Shown: one piece after another, positions 35,139 through 48,994 of the stretch
Position numbering within the stretch: position 1 is the first letter of the stretch
Layout of the letters: every line of letters starts with the position of its first letter
NCBI GenBank assembly: GCA_052327205.1
Contig: CM126224.1
Coordinates: 63,302,001 to 63,366,000, forward strand
Direction of reading: 5' to 3'
DNA from: Somniosus microcephalus
Lineage: Eukaryota
Length of the DNA: 64,000 nucleotides
Notes under the pieces: model-generated
The model's input: only the letters and a program-made list of their open reading frames with translations
Told to the model about the DNA's origin: nothing
The model's database searches: none
Made by a program: the position numbers and the translations under genes

Positions 35139-38100
35139 AGGGGAATTTTAACATGGTGCTGCATGTGGGTTTGGGTGCGGGTGGGGGTTAAAACCAGGGA
35201 AATTAACAGCGGGAGAGGCGGGTTGCCAATTAACATAGGTTAATAGCTCAATTAGAGAGATATTTACACAGACTTTTGACTTTACTGTCGAGCCCACGGG
35301 TTTCCTGGGCTTTCTGAAACATGCCAGTGAAAGCAAGACGAGAACACAGCGGCAATTGAGGAGGCCGAATCAATCTCTTGGAAAAATGGCAATAAATACT
35401 CAGTACTCACAGCTGCTTTCTAAGCTGCGAATGGGGAAGGGTGTTTACAGTACTTTTGCTGAGCGTTTACTTTCTACACTTTGGAGGTTTGTTCTATCAC
35501 ATCAGGATGGGTGGCGCTTTGGCTGCCTTAGTTTGGACCTCAGACAAAGCAACATGACCAGTAGCAGCAGCAGCACCAGCAGTCTGTTGGTCACAGACCT
35601 GTAGCTGCACAGGAGAGAGGGGAGCAGTAGAGAGGAGGGGGGGGTGCAGCAGAGAGGGGGGCAGCAAAGAGTGCAGTAGCAGAGGGATGCCGCCCGCAGG
35701 AGGCACTACCCGCGAAACAGGGTCTACAGGCAGAGGCTCAGTTTCCTTGTCTGAACAGCAGTGTCTCAGGAGGCTCCGGTTGTCATGTCAGGGGGTGGCG
35801 GACATCTGTGGCCTTCTAGAAGAAGACCTGCTCCCTGCTGGACCTGGTGGCCATGCTTTACTCGTGACTATCAAAGTCACCACTGCCCTCAACATTTTTG
35901 CCTCCAAATCCTTCCAGGATTTTCCTGGAGACATATCCAGGATCTCCCAGTCAGCGGCACACAAATGCATGGCTTGTTTGCCAAGGCTGGCAATTATGTC
36001 AACTTCGCCTGCGGTGACACCAGTCAGAATGAGCAGGCACTCGGGTTTGTGGCCCTGTCTGCCTTCCCACAGGTGCAGGGTTTCATTAAATGCACAGACA
36101 TGGCAATCCGGACACCCCCCAGGTCACCCAGGAGTGTTCGTCAACTGCAGGGGCTTCCACTCCATCAATGTGCAGCTGGTGTGCAATCACAAAAAGATGT
36201 TTCTGCAGGTGTGCATAAGATTCCTGGGGAGCTGCTATGATGCTTTTGTCCTGTAACAGTCCAAGCTCCCTGACGTCTTTGGACCTGCAAGCAAACTTAA
36301 GGGATGGCTGCTAGGAGACAAGGAACAGCCACTTCAAACTTGGCTGATGACACACGTCAGAACCCCAACCAATGAAGCCCAAGAGCGCTACAATGAATGC
36401 CATATGACCACCAGATATGTGATCGAACAAGCCATTGTCATGCTAAAGATGCACTTCAGGTGCCTAGACAGATCTGAAGGTGCCCTTCAGTATGCACCAG
36501 CCAGGGTCTCCAGAATGATCATGATTCACTGCGCTTTGAACAGCAGCGAGGGTTGGACCTGCAGGAGGAACAAGGCAAAGAGCTCAGATCCTCATCAGAT
36601 GATTCGGATGGGGGAGGAGGAGGAAGGCGAGGAGGAGGAAGGCGATGAGGGCAATCTACCCCCAGCTGCTCACATTGCTGCCCGGGATGCCCTTATTAAT
36701 GCAAGGTTCACTTAGGTTGCACCAATGGACACATGTCACAAGAAAATGCAATGGCCACTCTTCCTGCCCACCTGCCCCTCCCAATGCCACTGACAGAAAG
36801 CAGTCCTGCAATCAACCAACCACCCCCTGAACATCCCCCACTGGTTCTCATGTCTTCCCATTCATCATCAAATAAGTTAAAAACCAACTTGCCACCCAGC
36901 AACCAAGAATGGACAAAATGGGAAAGTGGTGCAAAATGATAATATTTATGTGACCTAACTAAAGAACAAAATCTTAATAACACAACAATTTCTCATACAC
37001 CCATGTGCATACCCTTGTGCAACTACACTTCCTTTTCCTACAACTCCTACATGGAGCAACCCCTGTGGCTTGAGCAGAGGTAGAAGCAGGCTACCCAGAA
37101 CCCTGCTCTGACTGCTGAGATGCTCCTGGCTGACGTCCTCTCAGTTTTGGAGCCCGTGACCTGTGCAGAGGCAGACTTGGTCATCGGGAGACGAGCCAGC
37201 ATGTCGTCTCCTGACTGGGGGTGGGGGGGTGGGTGCAATGGGTGAGAAATGGAAGCGCTTTGAGTGGAGGCCCCACTTCCATGTCCCCTCTCGCCATCAT
37301 CCATCTTATGGCCCAGCTGCATTTCATTGCTACCACTGTACTGGAGAGCACTTTGGTGCAGATGAGTGGGATGCTGCAAGACCAAGGCTAAGATGTCTGT
37401 CATCCTCTTTAAGGTGGCAGATATGTTGACATCCAGAGTCTGCACGACCTTGATTGGAGCGTTTGATGTTCCACAGCACTGGCCACTCTATCCATGGAAG
37501 AACACATCATCTCAATGGCCTGCAACAACAACCCACTCATGCATGAGACAGACTCCTTCATTCTCTCTGCAATCATGGTGAGGGTGCTTGGAAGGCCTGT
37601 CAGTGCATCGCACATTATCTACTGCTGCTCAATGATACTCCTTTTCATTGACGGCCCCCATGGTACAGCATCTGTGTCCAGCTGAGCAGAGCTTGGAGAG
37701 GGCTGGGCCCTCCGATGCAGACTCTCCACTGCTGTCCCTGCCACCGCTATCTGCTCTTGCTCACTTGTGAAATGTGAGTCACCAGGTGAAAACCCAACTA
37801 TCTGTCTACGAGGTCCCACTGAAGTGCGAGTATTTGCGTTGGTGCATGGTATGCATGAGTCCTGTGATGGTGGACTCTCAGAAGGATTCAGCTCCTCTGA
37901 GGAATCTTCATCTATGACCTCCAGCAATTCCTGCTGCACGCATGAAGGCCCTGTCGAAGATAAAAGACATGAATGAGTACTGGCAAGGTAAGAATGTTGC
38001 GACTTATCATTTTGCACATAATCATATTTCACTTGCTGTTGAAATAAAATTAACATGACTGAGTGCCGTATGACATGTGTGTCACCTGGTAGCTGGACCA

Positions 38101-39050
38101 CCCCCATCTCCCCTCTCCGATAGCAAGGCACACCAAAACTCCACTGATCTCTAGCGCCTCCTCCTCTACAGTTGTTAGTTGTGAGATGGCTGAATGGCCA
38201 CCTCCAGTTCTCTCCTTCTCCCCACTGTTCTGTGCTCTCTTCTGTAACGAGGGAAAGAATAGACCTATGAGTGAGTGTAATGGCATGTGCTCATCCGATG
38301 GATGGAGTACATTTGGTGAGGGTGAGTATCAGGGAGAGGCATGAAGTTGCATAAGGATAAGGGTGTGTGGGAGTGGTGGATGGATAGATAGGGATGTGAG
38401 GAAGTGCATAGACAGAGGATGGGTGCTTCTACAAGGTAAGTGGGTCTGAGGAGTGATGTGATGGAGTAGGCTTGAGAAGGCAGTGCGAGGGGTTGGGAGC
38501 GAGGCGCACAGCAGGATGTGCCATTGTACTCATCTTTCCTGACCTGGTCATTAAAGCGTTTCCTGTGCTGCATCCAGGAGCGTGGCACTACCTTCCTGCT
38601 GTTCACCTCCTGGGCAACCTCCAACCACACCTTCTTTGTTTCTGCCGCAGGTTTCTTCCTCCATTGCTGGGGAGTAGTATCTACCTCCAGCTCCTCACAG
38701 CCACCGGCAGCACATCAAGGGAGGCATCAGTGAACTGGGGTGCAGACATGAAACGTCTTCACTCCATTCTTTAACTTTCTCTTCTCTTCTTGCCAACTCC
38801 AACTCCTCCAAATTGCATCTTTGGATTGGCCCTTTAAATACTAGATTTGAGATTGCATCATGAGGGTCCTCATCACGCCCACTGCCACTGATTGGATATC
38901 AAACCCGGAAGTAAAATGATAATGAGGTGGTTTAGTTAAAAAGCCACTGATAGCCGCACTGAACATACTTCCGGGTTTCCCATGCGATATCGAACTACAC
39001 TTCCCCCCCCCCTCCGCTCTCACCCGCCCCACCCCCCCCACCCCCTCCCC
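35139..39050. mobile_element. Degraded autonomous-type Harbinger: transposase (+, ~35510-36715) and Myb gene (-, ~38765-37020)
   Basis: Frameshifted KVTTALN, RGFHSINVQLVC, IEQAIVMLKMHFRCLDRS; WLEVAQEVNS...RKRFND and RTGGG. Right end is approximate. Confidence 0.82.
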
Positions 39051-40586
39051 CAGCTCCCATTTAGCATCGGCGTCTTAGAGTTGATATTTTGGAATTTGCT
39101 TGATAAAATGGTCAAAGTTCCAGGGTTAGCAAGGTTAGTACTCGTTTATCACTTACGATTTATGATAGGATGGCTTAAATTAGTATGTGGTGGATTGTAC
39201 ATCATCACTTGATCAGCTCAGCAATAATGGACCAGATTACCAACACCTACATACATAGGGTCTCCATGCCTATAAACCCAAATATGGAGCCTAATTTAAT
39301 TAATCTTTTCTCCCAGTGTTTGCATTCCTCAAGGCACAGGCTCTTCCTGGGGCACATTTCCCCAAGCTCTGGAAACGTTCAAGTACTTTGGCTAAGTAAC
39401 CATTCTTCAGGTGTGAGCCCAAACAGCTGGCTATTCAGTAATGCTGGGCATAGTAGCATTACCTGATCCCACGCTCGTCCAATATTTACACCTGTGGAGT
39501 TCCCAGCGGGAGTCACTGGACAGCAATCAGAAGCTCCGATCCAGGTCTCAGATTGAAATAAATCCAGAAGAGCAATTCTACACAATCACATCAATTTGAG
39601 CTATCCTTAGTTTAGATTTGTCCTTAGAAGTATGAAAGTGACTGGAGATGTTTGAGTTATGGTGCTACAAACACATGCTGAAAATTACCTGGACAAGAAG
39701 AATGACCTTTGAGAGGGCCACTGACCTAGCATGGGAGAAGTGACGAGCCTGATTATGATGAGAAAATGAGAGTGAGGGCATATTATTGGGAGGTCACACA
39801 GAACGCTGTTGGAGTTGTGGCCGTCTGGAATAGTTAATGGTAACTAATCAAGAGGCAGACAGAGAAGCATGTGGCTAGATGCTGTGATAGAATGGGCAGG
39901 GGTAGCATCAGCCACTGGGATAATCCACCTGTGCAGAGATCAGAAAGTGTGGAATGTGCTGATCATCAACCTCTGAGGAGGGAAGATAGAGCGAGACAGA
40001 GAATGCTCAAACATAATGGGAGCCAAAGTGCAGATCTCCACAGTGCAACCATTGCAAAGTCAAACCTTAGCAGGTAGAAAAAGCAAAGCCTAGAGCACTA
40101 GAATCACACACTGAATGGATATTACCACCAATCTAACGAGAACCACAGAAGGAGGCCATTCTTCTCCATCACGTCTGTGCCAGCTCATTGCTGGAGCAAT
40201 TCAAAACTAATCCCACTGTCTTGCTGTCTCCCATAGCCCTGCACTGCTTCCAATTATATAACGTAGCTAAAAGGACAAAATATTTCATAAAAGTAGGCCT
40301 GTAGTGTACGAAATAACTAAAGGGTGCTTTCAGTTTTCTTTCTTTTAAATTCATCCTGCTTTGCTATGTAGGTCTTACAGAGATGAGATAAAGACCCTGA
40401 ATAGAGCACCTGATCTGAATACATCACGAACCTCTGCAATGTAAGTAGAAAGGAGTTGGCCACACGTCAGTTAATTAATCCTGGGAGTTTCAGGCAGGCG
40501 GTGGGTGGGGGGAGCGGTGAGTTAGACACTCAACCGCTGCAGCATAACACAGGCCCAGGCTATTTTAACTCCTTGACCTCATTAAC

Positions 40587-43500
40587 CTCATGAAATAAAC
40601 ATAGTGATAGAGGAAATATTAAGGGGTTTAGCATCTTTGAAAGTGGATAAATCTCCAGGCCCGGATGAAATGTATCCCAGACTGTTAAGAGAAGTAAGAG
40701 AGGAAATAGCAGAGGCTCTGATCATTATTTTCCAATCCTCTCAGGCTACAGGTGTGGTGCCAGAGGACTGGAGGACTGCTAACGTTGTTTAAAAAGGGAG
40801 AAAGGGATAGACCGAGTAATTATAGGCCAGTCAGCCTTTCATCAGTGGTGGGAAAATTATTGGAAAAAATTTTGAGGAACAGGATAAATCTTCATTTAGA
40901 AAGACACGGATTAATCAGGGACAGTCAGCATGGATTTGTTAAGGGAAGGTCGTGTCTGTCTAACGTGATTGAATTTTCTGAGGAGGTAACAAGGATGGTC
41001 GATGAGGGTAGTGCATTTGATGTAGTCTATATGGATTTTAGCAAGGCTTTTGATAAGGTTCTGCATGGCAGACTGGACATGAAAGTAAAAGCCCATGGGA
41101 TCCAAGGTAAAGTGGCAAGTTGGATCCAAAATTGGCTCAGAGGCAGGAAACAAAGGGTAATGGTCGAAGGGTGATTTTGTGACTGGAAGGTTGTTTCCAG
41201 TGGGGTTCCGCAGGGCTCAGTACTGGGTCCTTTGCTTTTTGTGGTACATATCAATGTATTGAATGTAGGAAGTATGATTAAGAAGTTTGCAGATGATACA
41301 AAAATTGGCCGTGTGGTTGATAATGAAGAAGAAAGCTGCAGACTGCAGGAAGATATCAATGGACTGGTCAGATGGGCAGAACTGTGGCAAATGGAATTCA
41401 ACCTGGAGAAGTGTGAGGTAATGTATTTGGGGAGGGCTAACAAGGCAAGGGAATACACAATAAATGGTAGGACACTGAGGAGTGCAGAAGATCAGAGGGA
41501 CCTTGGAATGCATGTCCACCGATCTCTGAAGGTAGCAGGACAGGTGGTTAAGGTGGTTAAGAAGGCATACGGGATACTTGCCTTTATTAGCCGAGGCTTA
41601 GAATATAAGTATGAGAAGTCACACAATACCAGGTTATAGTCCAACAGCTTTATTTGAAATCACAAGCTTTTGGAGCACAGCTCCTTTGTCAGGTGAAGTG
41701 AAGAGATGCATACAGGCACAGCATATATAGTCAGAGAACACTGCTAGATGATTACAGGTAATCTTTCTAACTGCCCTTTATCGCACCTCGGCAGAGAGAT
41801 AATCACAGCAATCAAAGGTGTGGATGGTGTCCAAACAGGTCAGTCAGGAAAATATTACATCAAAGAACAATGAGGTGGGGTCACAAGGGCCAAATGTTGC
41901 AGATGCTGGGGTCTGTATGAAAAACAAAAAACAAACAAAAAACAATAACTGGAAATCACAGCAGGTCCGGCCGCATCTGTGTAGAGAGAACAAGCCAACG
42001 ACGACTCGAGTCTGGATGACTCTACGTCAGGTGGGGTTACATGTAGCGTGACATGAACCCAAGATCCCGGTTGAGGCCGTCCTCATGAGTGCGGAACTTG
42101 GCTATCAGTTTCTGCTCGATGATTTTGCGTTGTCGTGTGTCTCAAAGGCCGCCTTGGAGGATGCTTACCCGAAGATCGGAGGCTGAATGTCCTTGACTGC
42201 TGAAGTGTTCCCCGACTGGGAGGGAACACTCCTGCCTGGCGATTGTTGTGTGGTGTTCGTTCATCCATTGTCGCAGTGTCTGCATGGTCTCGCCGATGTA
42301 CCATGCTCCGGGGCATCCTTTCCTGCAACGTATGAGGTAGACAATGTTGGCCGAGTCACATGAGTATGTACCATGTACCTGGTGGGTGGTATCCTCACGT
42401 GTGATGATGGTATCTGTGTTGATGATCTGGCATGTCTTGCTGAGGTTGCCGTGGCAGGGTTGTGTGGTGTCGTGGTCGCTATTCTCCTGAAAGCTAGGTA
42501 ATTTGCTGCGAACGATGGTCTGTTTGAGGTTAGGCAGCTGTTTGAAGGCGAGTAGTGAAGGCGTGGGGATGGCCTTAGCGAGGTGTTCGTCGTCATCAAT
42601 GACATGTTGAAGGCTGCGAAGAACATGGCGTAGTTTCTCCGCTCCGGGGAAGTACTGGATGATGAAGGGTACTCTGTTGGTTGTGTCCCGTGTTTGTCTT
42701 CTGAGGAGGCCTATGCAATTTTTCGCTGTGGCCCGTCGGAACTGTTGATCGACGAGTCGAGCGTCATATCCCGTTCTTACGAGGGCGTCTTTCAGCGTCA
42801 GCCCCAGCCTGTCCAATCTTTCCTCCTCGTCTGAGCAGATCCTGTGTATTCGCAGGGCTTGTCCATAGGGGATGGATTCTTTAACGTGGTTAGGGTGGAA
42901 GCTGGAGAGGTGGAGCATCGTGAGGTTGTCCGTGGGCTTGCGGTAGAGTGAAGTGCTGAGGTGTCCGTCTTTGATGGAGATTCGTGTGTCCAACACCGGC
43001 ATCTCCACACTTTAGAATATAAGAGCAGAGAGGTTATGCTGGAACTGTATAAAACACTAGTTAGGCCACAGCTAGAGTACTGTGTGTAGTTCTGGTCACC
43101 ACATTACAGGAAGGATGTGATTGCACTAGAGGGGGTGCAGAGGAGATTTACGAGGATGTTGCCTGGGCTGGTGAATTTTTGCTATGAGGAAAGATTGGAT
43201 AGGCTGGGGTTGTTTTCTTTGGAACAGAGGAGGCTGAGGGGAGACCGAATTGAGGTGTATAAAATTATGAGAGTCCTAGATAGAGTGGATAGGAAGGACC
43301 TATTTCCCTTAGCAGAAGGGTCAGTAACCAGGGGGCATAGATTTAAAGTAATTGGTCAGAGGTTAAGAGGGGATTTGAGAAGAAATCATTTCACCCAGAG
43401 GGTGGTGAGGGTCTGGAACTCACTGCCTGAAAGGGTGGTAGAGGCAGAGACCCTCATCACATTTAAAAAGCACTTGGATGTGCACTTGAAGTGCCGTAAC

Positions 43501-43627
43501 CTACAAGGCTATGGACCAAGAGCTGGAAAGTGCGATTCGGGTGGATCCCTTAGGGTGGGTGCCGGCCGGCATGGACAAGATGGGCCAAATGGCCTCCTTC
43601 TGTGCTGTAAATTTCTATGATTCTATG
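40587..43627 (+). mobile_element. 5'-truncated CR1 in copy A, interrupted by a Penelope-like element
   Basis: RT fragments; flanked by ATTAAC at 40581-40586 and 43628-43633. Confidence 0.88.
41610..43011 (-). mobile_element. Penelope-like element, 5'-truncated (RT C-terminus, GIY-YIG endonuclease, pLTR)
   Basis: LYRKPTD, YLIRCRKGCPGAWYIGET...RQWMNEH; TSD TTAGAATATAAG (41598-41609, 43012-43023); empty site in copy B near 50010. Confidence 0.9.
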
Positions 43628-43691
43628 ATTAACATGGTTCCTGCCTGGGATGGGTGGGAAGTGGGGGGGAAAGCAGGTGATAGCCTCCGGG

Positions 43692-46600
43692 TGTTATGTA
43701 TTGTGTGTTTCCCTCCCACCTGTGGTGGCGCTGTCACAGGAGATAAATGGTTGGGTGTTCTCTCGGTTAAGTTTAGCTCTCTTTGTTCGGAACTTCCCAG
43801 AACTTCCTTTCCTTCCAATAAAGCACTTTATGTTTGAATCTCTGAGTTCTGAGTCCTAAATTGTGTCTAGGTAGAAAGGTACCGACAGAACAAGTGGCGA
43901 CGAGGATTGGATGAATCTGTGTTGTGGGAACTTTCTTGTTTTCGACTACAAAACAATAGGAACAGAGATTGCAGCATCACATTAACGTTACGGCAGTGAG
44001 CAAACAGAAATTTTAATTTGAAACGTGAGATGGCTACTATATTAGGAAACATCGGTGATTTTGATGAAAATGTGGAGCAATGGAGCGCATATACGGAACG
44101 TTTTGACTATTTTGTATTGGCAAATGCGGTGGCAAATGAAAAGGTCGTGCCTACCTTTTTGAGTGTAATCGGGCCGACGACATTCAATTTACTTCGCAGC
44201 CTCGTGCAGCCAGATAAGCCAGGAACTAAAACATATAAGCAACTAGTGGAAATTCTTGGAGCACATTTTTCACCAAAACCTCTGGGTATTGCTGAGAGAT
44301 TTAGATTTCACAAACGGAATCAAGAGGAGGGGGAATCAGTGATGATGTTTATTGCTGCTTTAAAAAGGTTGTCAGAACACTGCCAGTTCAAGGAGGTGCT
44401 GAAGGACACCATTAGAGACAGACTCGTGTGTGGTCTGCAAAATGCAGCCACACAGAAGCACCTTCTTACTGAGGACAACCTTACTCTTGAAAAGGCCATT
44501 GAAGTTAGTGTCTCCATGGAGATGGCAGAAAAGGAGGCTCACCAGTTGAGTTCAACAGGGAGAATTCACAAGGTGTCGTCTGAGCCTAAAGGTGCGCAGA
44601 ACGGCACATGTTACCGTTGTGGGAAAACGGGCCATCACGCTAATGACTGCTGGTGTACGGAGCTGGAATGCCGAAATTGTGGCAAAAAGGGTCACATTGA
44701 ACGCGCCTGTAGAGGTAAAAAAAAGAACAGACAGAGCTGGGAAGCATGGAAGCAAAATGTCTGTATTTGGACAAGAGAGGAAAAAGAGTGTTCATTCAGT
44801 GCAGTATGATGGAACAAGCAAAACAGAGGGGAGCGACACCTCTGAGGAGGAAGAGGTGCACATACTGACGGTTGCAGGTGATTCAAATGGCTACTGGGTG
44901 TCACCACTGGTGGAGGGACAATCAATGCGGATGGAGGTGGACACAGGCGCGGCTGTGTCCCTTGTTTCAGACACTGTCTACAACAAAATGCTAAAGCATC
45001 TTACCCTTCAGCCAACAAACATTGTGCTAAAGACGTATACCGGCGAACCTGTGGCCATGAGAGGCGCCATTGAGGTGACAGTTAAATTGAACGGACAGAC
45101 TGCAAAACTGCCACTATATGTGGTAAAGGGAAATTACCCATCACTACTGGGACATGCGTGGCTAGAGAAAATCACGCTGGACTGGCCTGCAGTCCGCATG
45201 ATGTCAAAAGGGGAGTCACGTCTGACTGCAGTGTTAAACAAACATGCAGAACTCTTCAATGGGGAACTTGGGAGCATGAAAAAGATCAGCGTGAGACTGG
45301 ACATTAAACCTGACAGCAAGCCAAAGTTTCACAAAGCCCGACCTGTGCCCTATGCAATTAGGCCAAAAGTTGAGGCTAACTTGGAGGCCTTAGTCGAGAA
45401 TGGAGTCCTGGAGCCTGTGAGCGTGAGCAAATGGGCCACACCCATTGTTCCTGTCCTGAAAAAGGATGGATCTGTTCGAATCTGCGGGGATTTTAAAGTG
45501 ACTATTAACCCGGTGCTGTCTGCGGAACAGTACCCTCTTCCCCTCATTGATGATCTTTTTACGGGCCTGGCCGGAGGGCAAAAGTTCAGCAAAATAGACT
45601 TATGCCAGGCTTATCTACAAATGCATGCCGATCACAAATCAAAGGAGCTGCTGACAATTGTGACACACAAGGGGCTATACAGGTACTGCCGCCTTCCGTT
45701 TGGAATTACGTCAGCCCCTGCTCTATTCCAAAGGGCAATGGATCAGATTTTGAGTGGACTGCCAGGAGTCCAGTGCTACCTGGACGACATCCTTGTCACT
45801 GGGACAAATGAGGAGGATCATCTTCTGAACTTGGATGGGACACTACAACGACTGAAAGAGTACAGACTCAGAGTTCATAAAGACAAATGTGAATTCTTTC
45901 AGTCTTCAGTTGAGTACCTGGGGCATGTGATTGACGCTACTGGCCTGCATAAGGCGCCGTCAAAGGTAAAGGCGATCGTGGAGGCCCCAGCACCCCAGAA
46001 TGTGAGCCAGTTATGTTCATTTCTGGGGCTACTTAGCTACTATGGGAAGTTTATTCCAGACTTAGCAACATTGCTGAAGCCATTACATCAGTTGCTATGT
46101 CAAGGCAAAACATGGAAATGGACTGAACTGTGCAACGAAGCTTTCGCCCAAGCAAAGAAAGCATTGCTGAAATCGGAGGTCCTGACACACTTCGACCCAA
46201 AGATACCCGTGCAGCTAGCATGTGATGCATCACCATATGGTGTGGGAGCAGTCATATCCCACATCATGCCTTCGGGTGAAGAGAAACCTATCGCCTTCGC
46301 ATCACGCACCTTGAACAAGGCCAAGAGTAACTATGCGCAGATCGAGCGCGAGGCCTTGGGAATCGTTTTTGGAATTCAAAAATTTCATCAGTACCTGTTT
46401 GGGAGAAGGTTCACACTCCTGACGGACCACCGTCCATTGACTTCAATCTTCGGGCCCCACACCAGAATTCCGTCTCTCGCTGCAAGCAGGATGCAAAGGT
46501 GGGCTTTACTGTTGTCAGGACACACATACGACATCAAATATCGCAAATCAGACTTGCACGGCAACGCAGACGGTCTCTCGAGGCTACCCTTGCCTGTTAC

Positions 46601-48359
46601 TCCCCCAGAGCCTCATAAGATAGACATCTTCTACTTTAGACAAGTGGAGGGAGCACCTGTCACTGCAGTTCAGGTGCGAAGGTACACCCGCAACGATCCA
46701 GTCCTGTCTGAGGTAATGGACGATGTCATTCGAGGGAGAGCTATAGGAGATTCTCCTAGTTTGAAACCTTACGTTTCAAAAAGAAATGAGCTCTCCATCC
46801 AGGCAGGTTGTCTTCTTTGGGGACGCCGTGTCATCATTCCGCCACCTCTGAGGGAACCTATACTGCAACAACTTCATACAGGCCACAGTGGGATGGTTCG
46901 GATGAAGGAAATGGCAAGAAGCTACTTCTGGTGGCCAGGTCTCGATGAGAATACTGAGGAGAAAGCCAAAACATGTTCCCCATGTCAAAGGGTCCGGAAT
47001 GTTCCACAGCTGGCAACCCTACACCCCTGGGATTGGCCTGCAGAAGTGTGGCAGCGAGTACATGTGAACTTCGCCGGTCCTTTCGAAGAGAAGATGTTTA
47101 TGGTGGTTGTAGATGCTCGTAGCAAGTGGCCGGAGGTCGCTGTGATGAGGTCTACCACGGAAGAGAAAACAATTGAGAAACTTGGTGAGATGTTCAGCCG
47201 CTATGGCTCACCGGAACAACTCGTAAGTGACAACGGTCCACAATTTGTATCACAGGAGTTTGCAACCTTCCTGCATGTGAATGGTGTCCAACACATCAGG
47301 TCTGCACCCTATCATCCCTCTACTAACGGCCAGGCAGAAAGGTTCGTGCAAACTTTGAAGCACGCCTTGAAGGCATCGCAAGGTCAGGGCTCAATCCACC
47401 AACGTCTGAACAGCTTCCTGTTGTCCTACAGGAACGAGCCGCATGCCACAACCAAAACTTCCCCCGCTTCGCTCATGATGAAGAGGCAGTTGCGGACAAG
47501 TTTTGACTTACTCAAACCTCCAAGGGCAGAGCAGGTTGTCCATCGTCAACAACAAGCTCAAGTTGAAAAGAGAGAGAAAAGAGCCAAGGAGAGACGGTTT
47601 CATCCGGGAGAGCATGTCTTAGCTCGAAACTACAACGCTGGACCGAAATGGGTTCCTGCTACGGTGATCACGCAGACGGGCCCTGTGTCTTACACGGTTG
47701 AGACTGCTGAGGACGTCGTCTGGAGAAGACACACAGATCAACTGTTGCTAGGAGCAGAGACAGCCACAGAGGCTCCAACGGCTGGTTGGCCTGAACTGTT
47801 TCCGGATGATACCGCAAACCAGCATCCTTTGCCACAGTGCTCTTCTCCAACACAGGAAGTCAAAGAGACTGTTCCACCTGTGCAAACTCCTGACTTTCGA
47901 CTGACACAGGCACCTTCTCGATCCAGGCCTGTGGCAATGCCTACTGCTGTGGAAGCCAGTGATGACCACCGGTATCCTGTCAGAGAGCGGCGGCCTCCAA
48001 GAGGCTTAGTGACTTACCCACAAGACTGGGGCAGAATAAACCCCAGAGTAAAGTCAGGATTTGAGGCAGTCTACCTCTACCCTAGGTTCGTTGAGTGCAT
48101 TGAAAGTAACTTACCTGTTGAGGAATAATGTGGACCTTCCATTTAAGAGGGGAGGAAATGTTATGTATTGTGTGTTCTCCTCCCACCTGTGGTGGCGCTG
48201 TCACAGGAGATAAATGGTTGGGTGTTCTCTTGGTTAAGTTTAGCTCTCTTTGTTCGGAACTTCCCAGAACTTCCTTTCCTTCCAATAAAGCACTTCATGT
48301 TTGAATCTCTGAGTTCTGAGTCCTAAATTGTGTCTAGGTAGAAAGGTACCCACACAACA
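43692..48359 (+). mobile_element. Full-length Ty3/Gypsy (Mag-like), tRNA-primed
   Basis: 201-bp LTRs 43692-43892 and 48159-48359 (about 6 differences); TSD CCGGG; PBS TGGCGACGAGGA at 43895; PPT AAGAGGGGAGGAAA. Confidence 0.96.
44030..48128 (+). pseudogene. gag-pol, split by a +1 shift at the A8 run 44717-44724; first integrase Asp replaced by Asn
   Basis: Two CCHC knuckles; VDTGA; YLDD; ACDAS; HVNFAGP (normally HxDFAGP), SDNG, QAER. Confidence 0.9.
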
Positions 48360-48994
48360 CCGGGGAGTTTTGTGGGAGGGAAGGAGGAGTGAGTCTGATG
48401 CAGGCAAGGCCGTGACTTTCCTTTTGGGGCCCAGAGGAGCACTTCCGCTACTGCATCCATTGCAAAGTCAAACCTTAGCAGGTAGAAAAAGCAAAGCCAA
48501 GAGCACTAGAATCACACACTGAAAGGATATTACCACCAATCTGACGAGAACCACAGAAGGAGGCCATTCTTCTCCATCACATCTGTGCCAGCTCATTGCT
48601 GGAGCAATTCAAAACTAATCCCACTGTCTTGCTGTCTCCCATAGCCCTGCACTGCTTCCAATTATATAACGTAGCTAAAAGGACAAAATATTTCATAAAA
48701 GTAGGCCTGCAATGTACAAAATAACTAAAGGGTGCTTTCAGTTTTCTTTCTTTTAAATTCATCCTGCTTTGCTATGTAGGTCTTACAGAGATGAGATAAA
48801 GACCCTGAATAGAGCACCTGATCTGAATACATCACGAACCTCTGCAATGTAAGTAGAAAGGAGTTGGCCACATGTCAGTTAATTACTCCTGGGGGTTTCA
48901 GGCAGGCGGTGGGTGGGGGGAGCGGTGAGTTAGACACTCAACCGCTGCAGCACAACGCAGGCCCAGGCTATTTTAACTCCTTGACCTCATTAAC

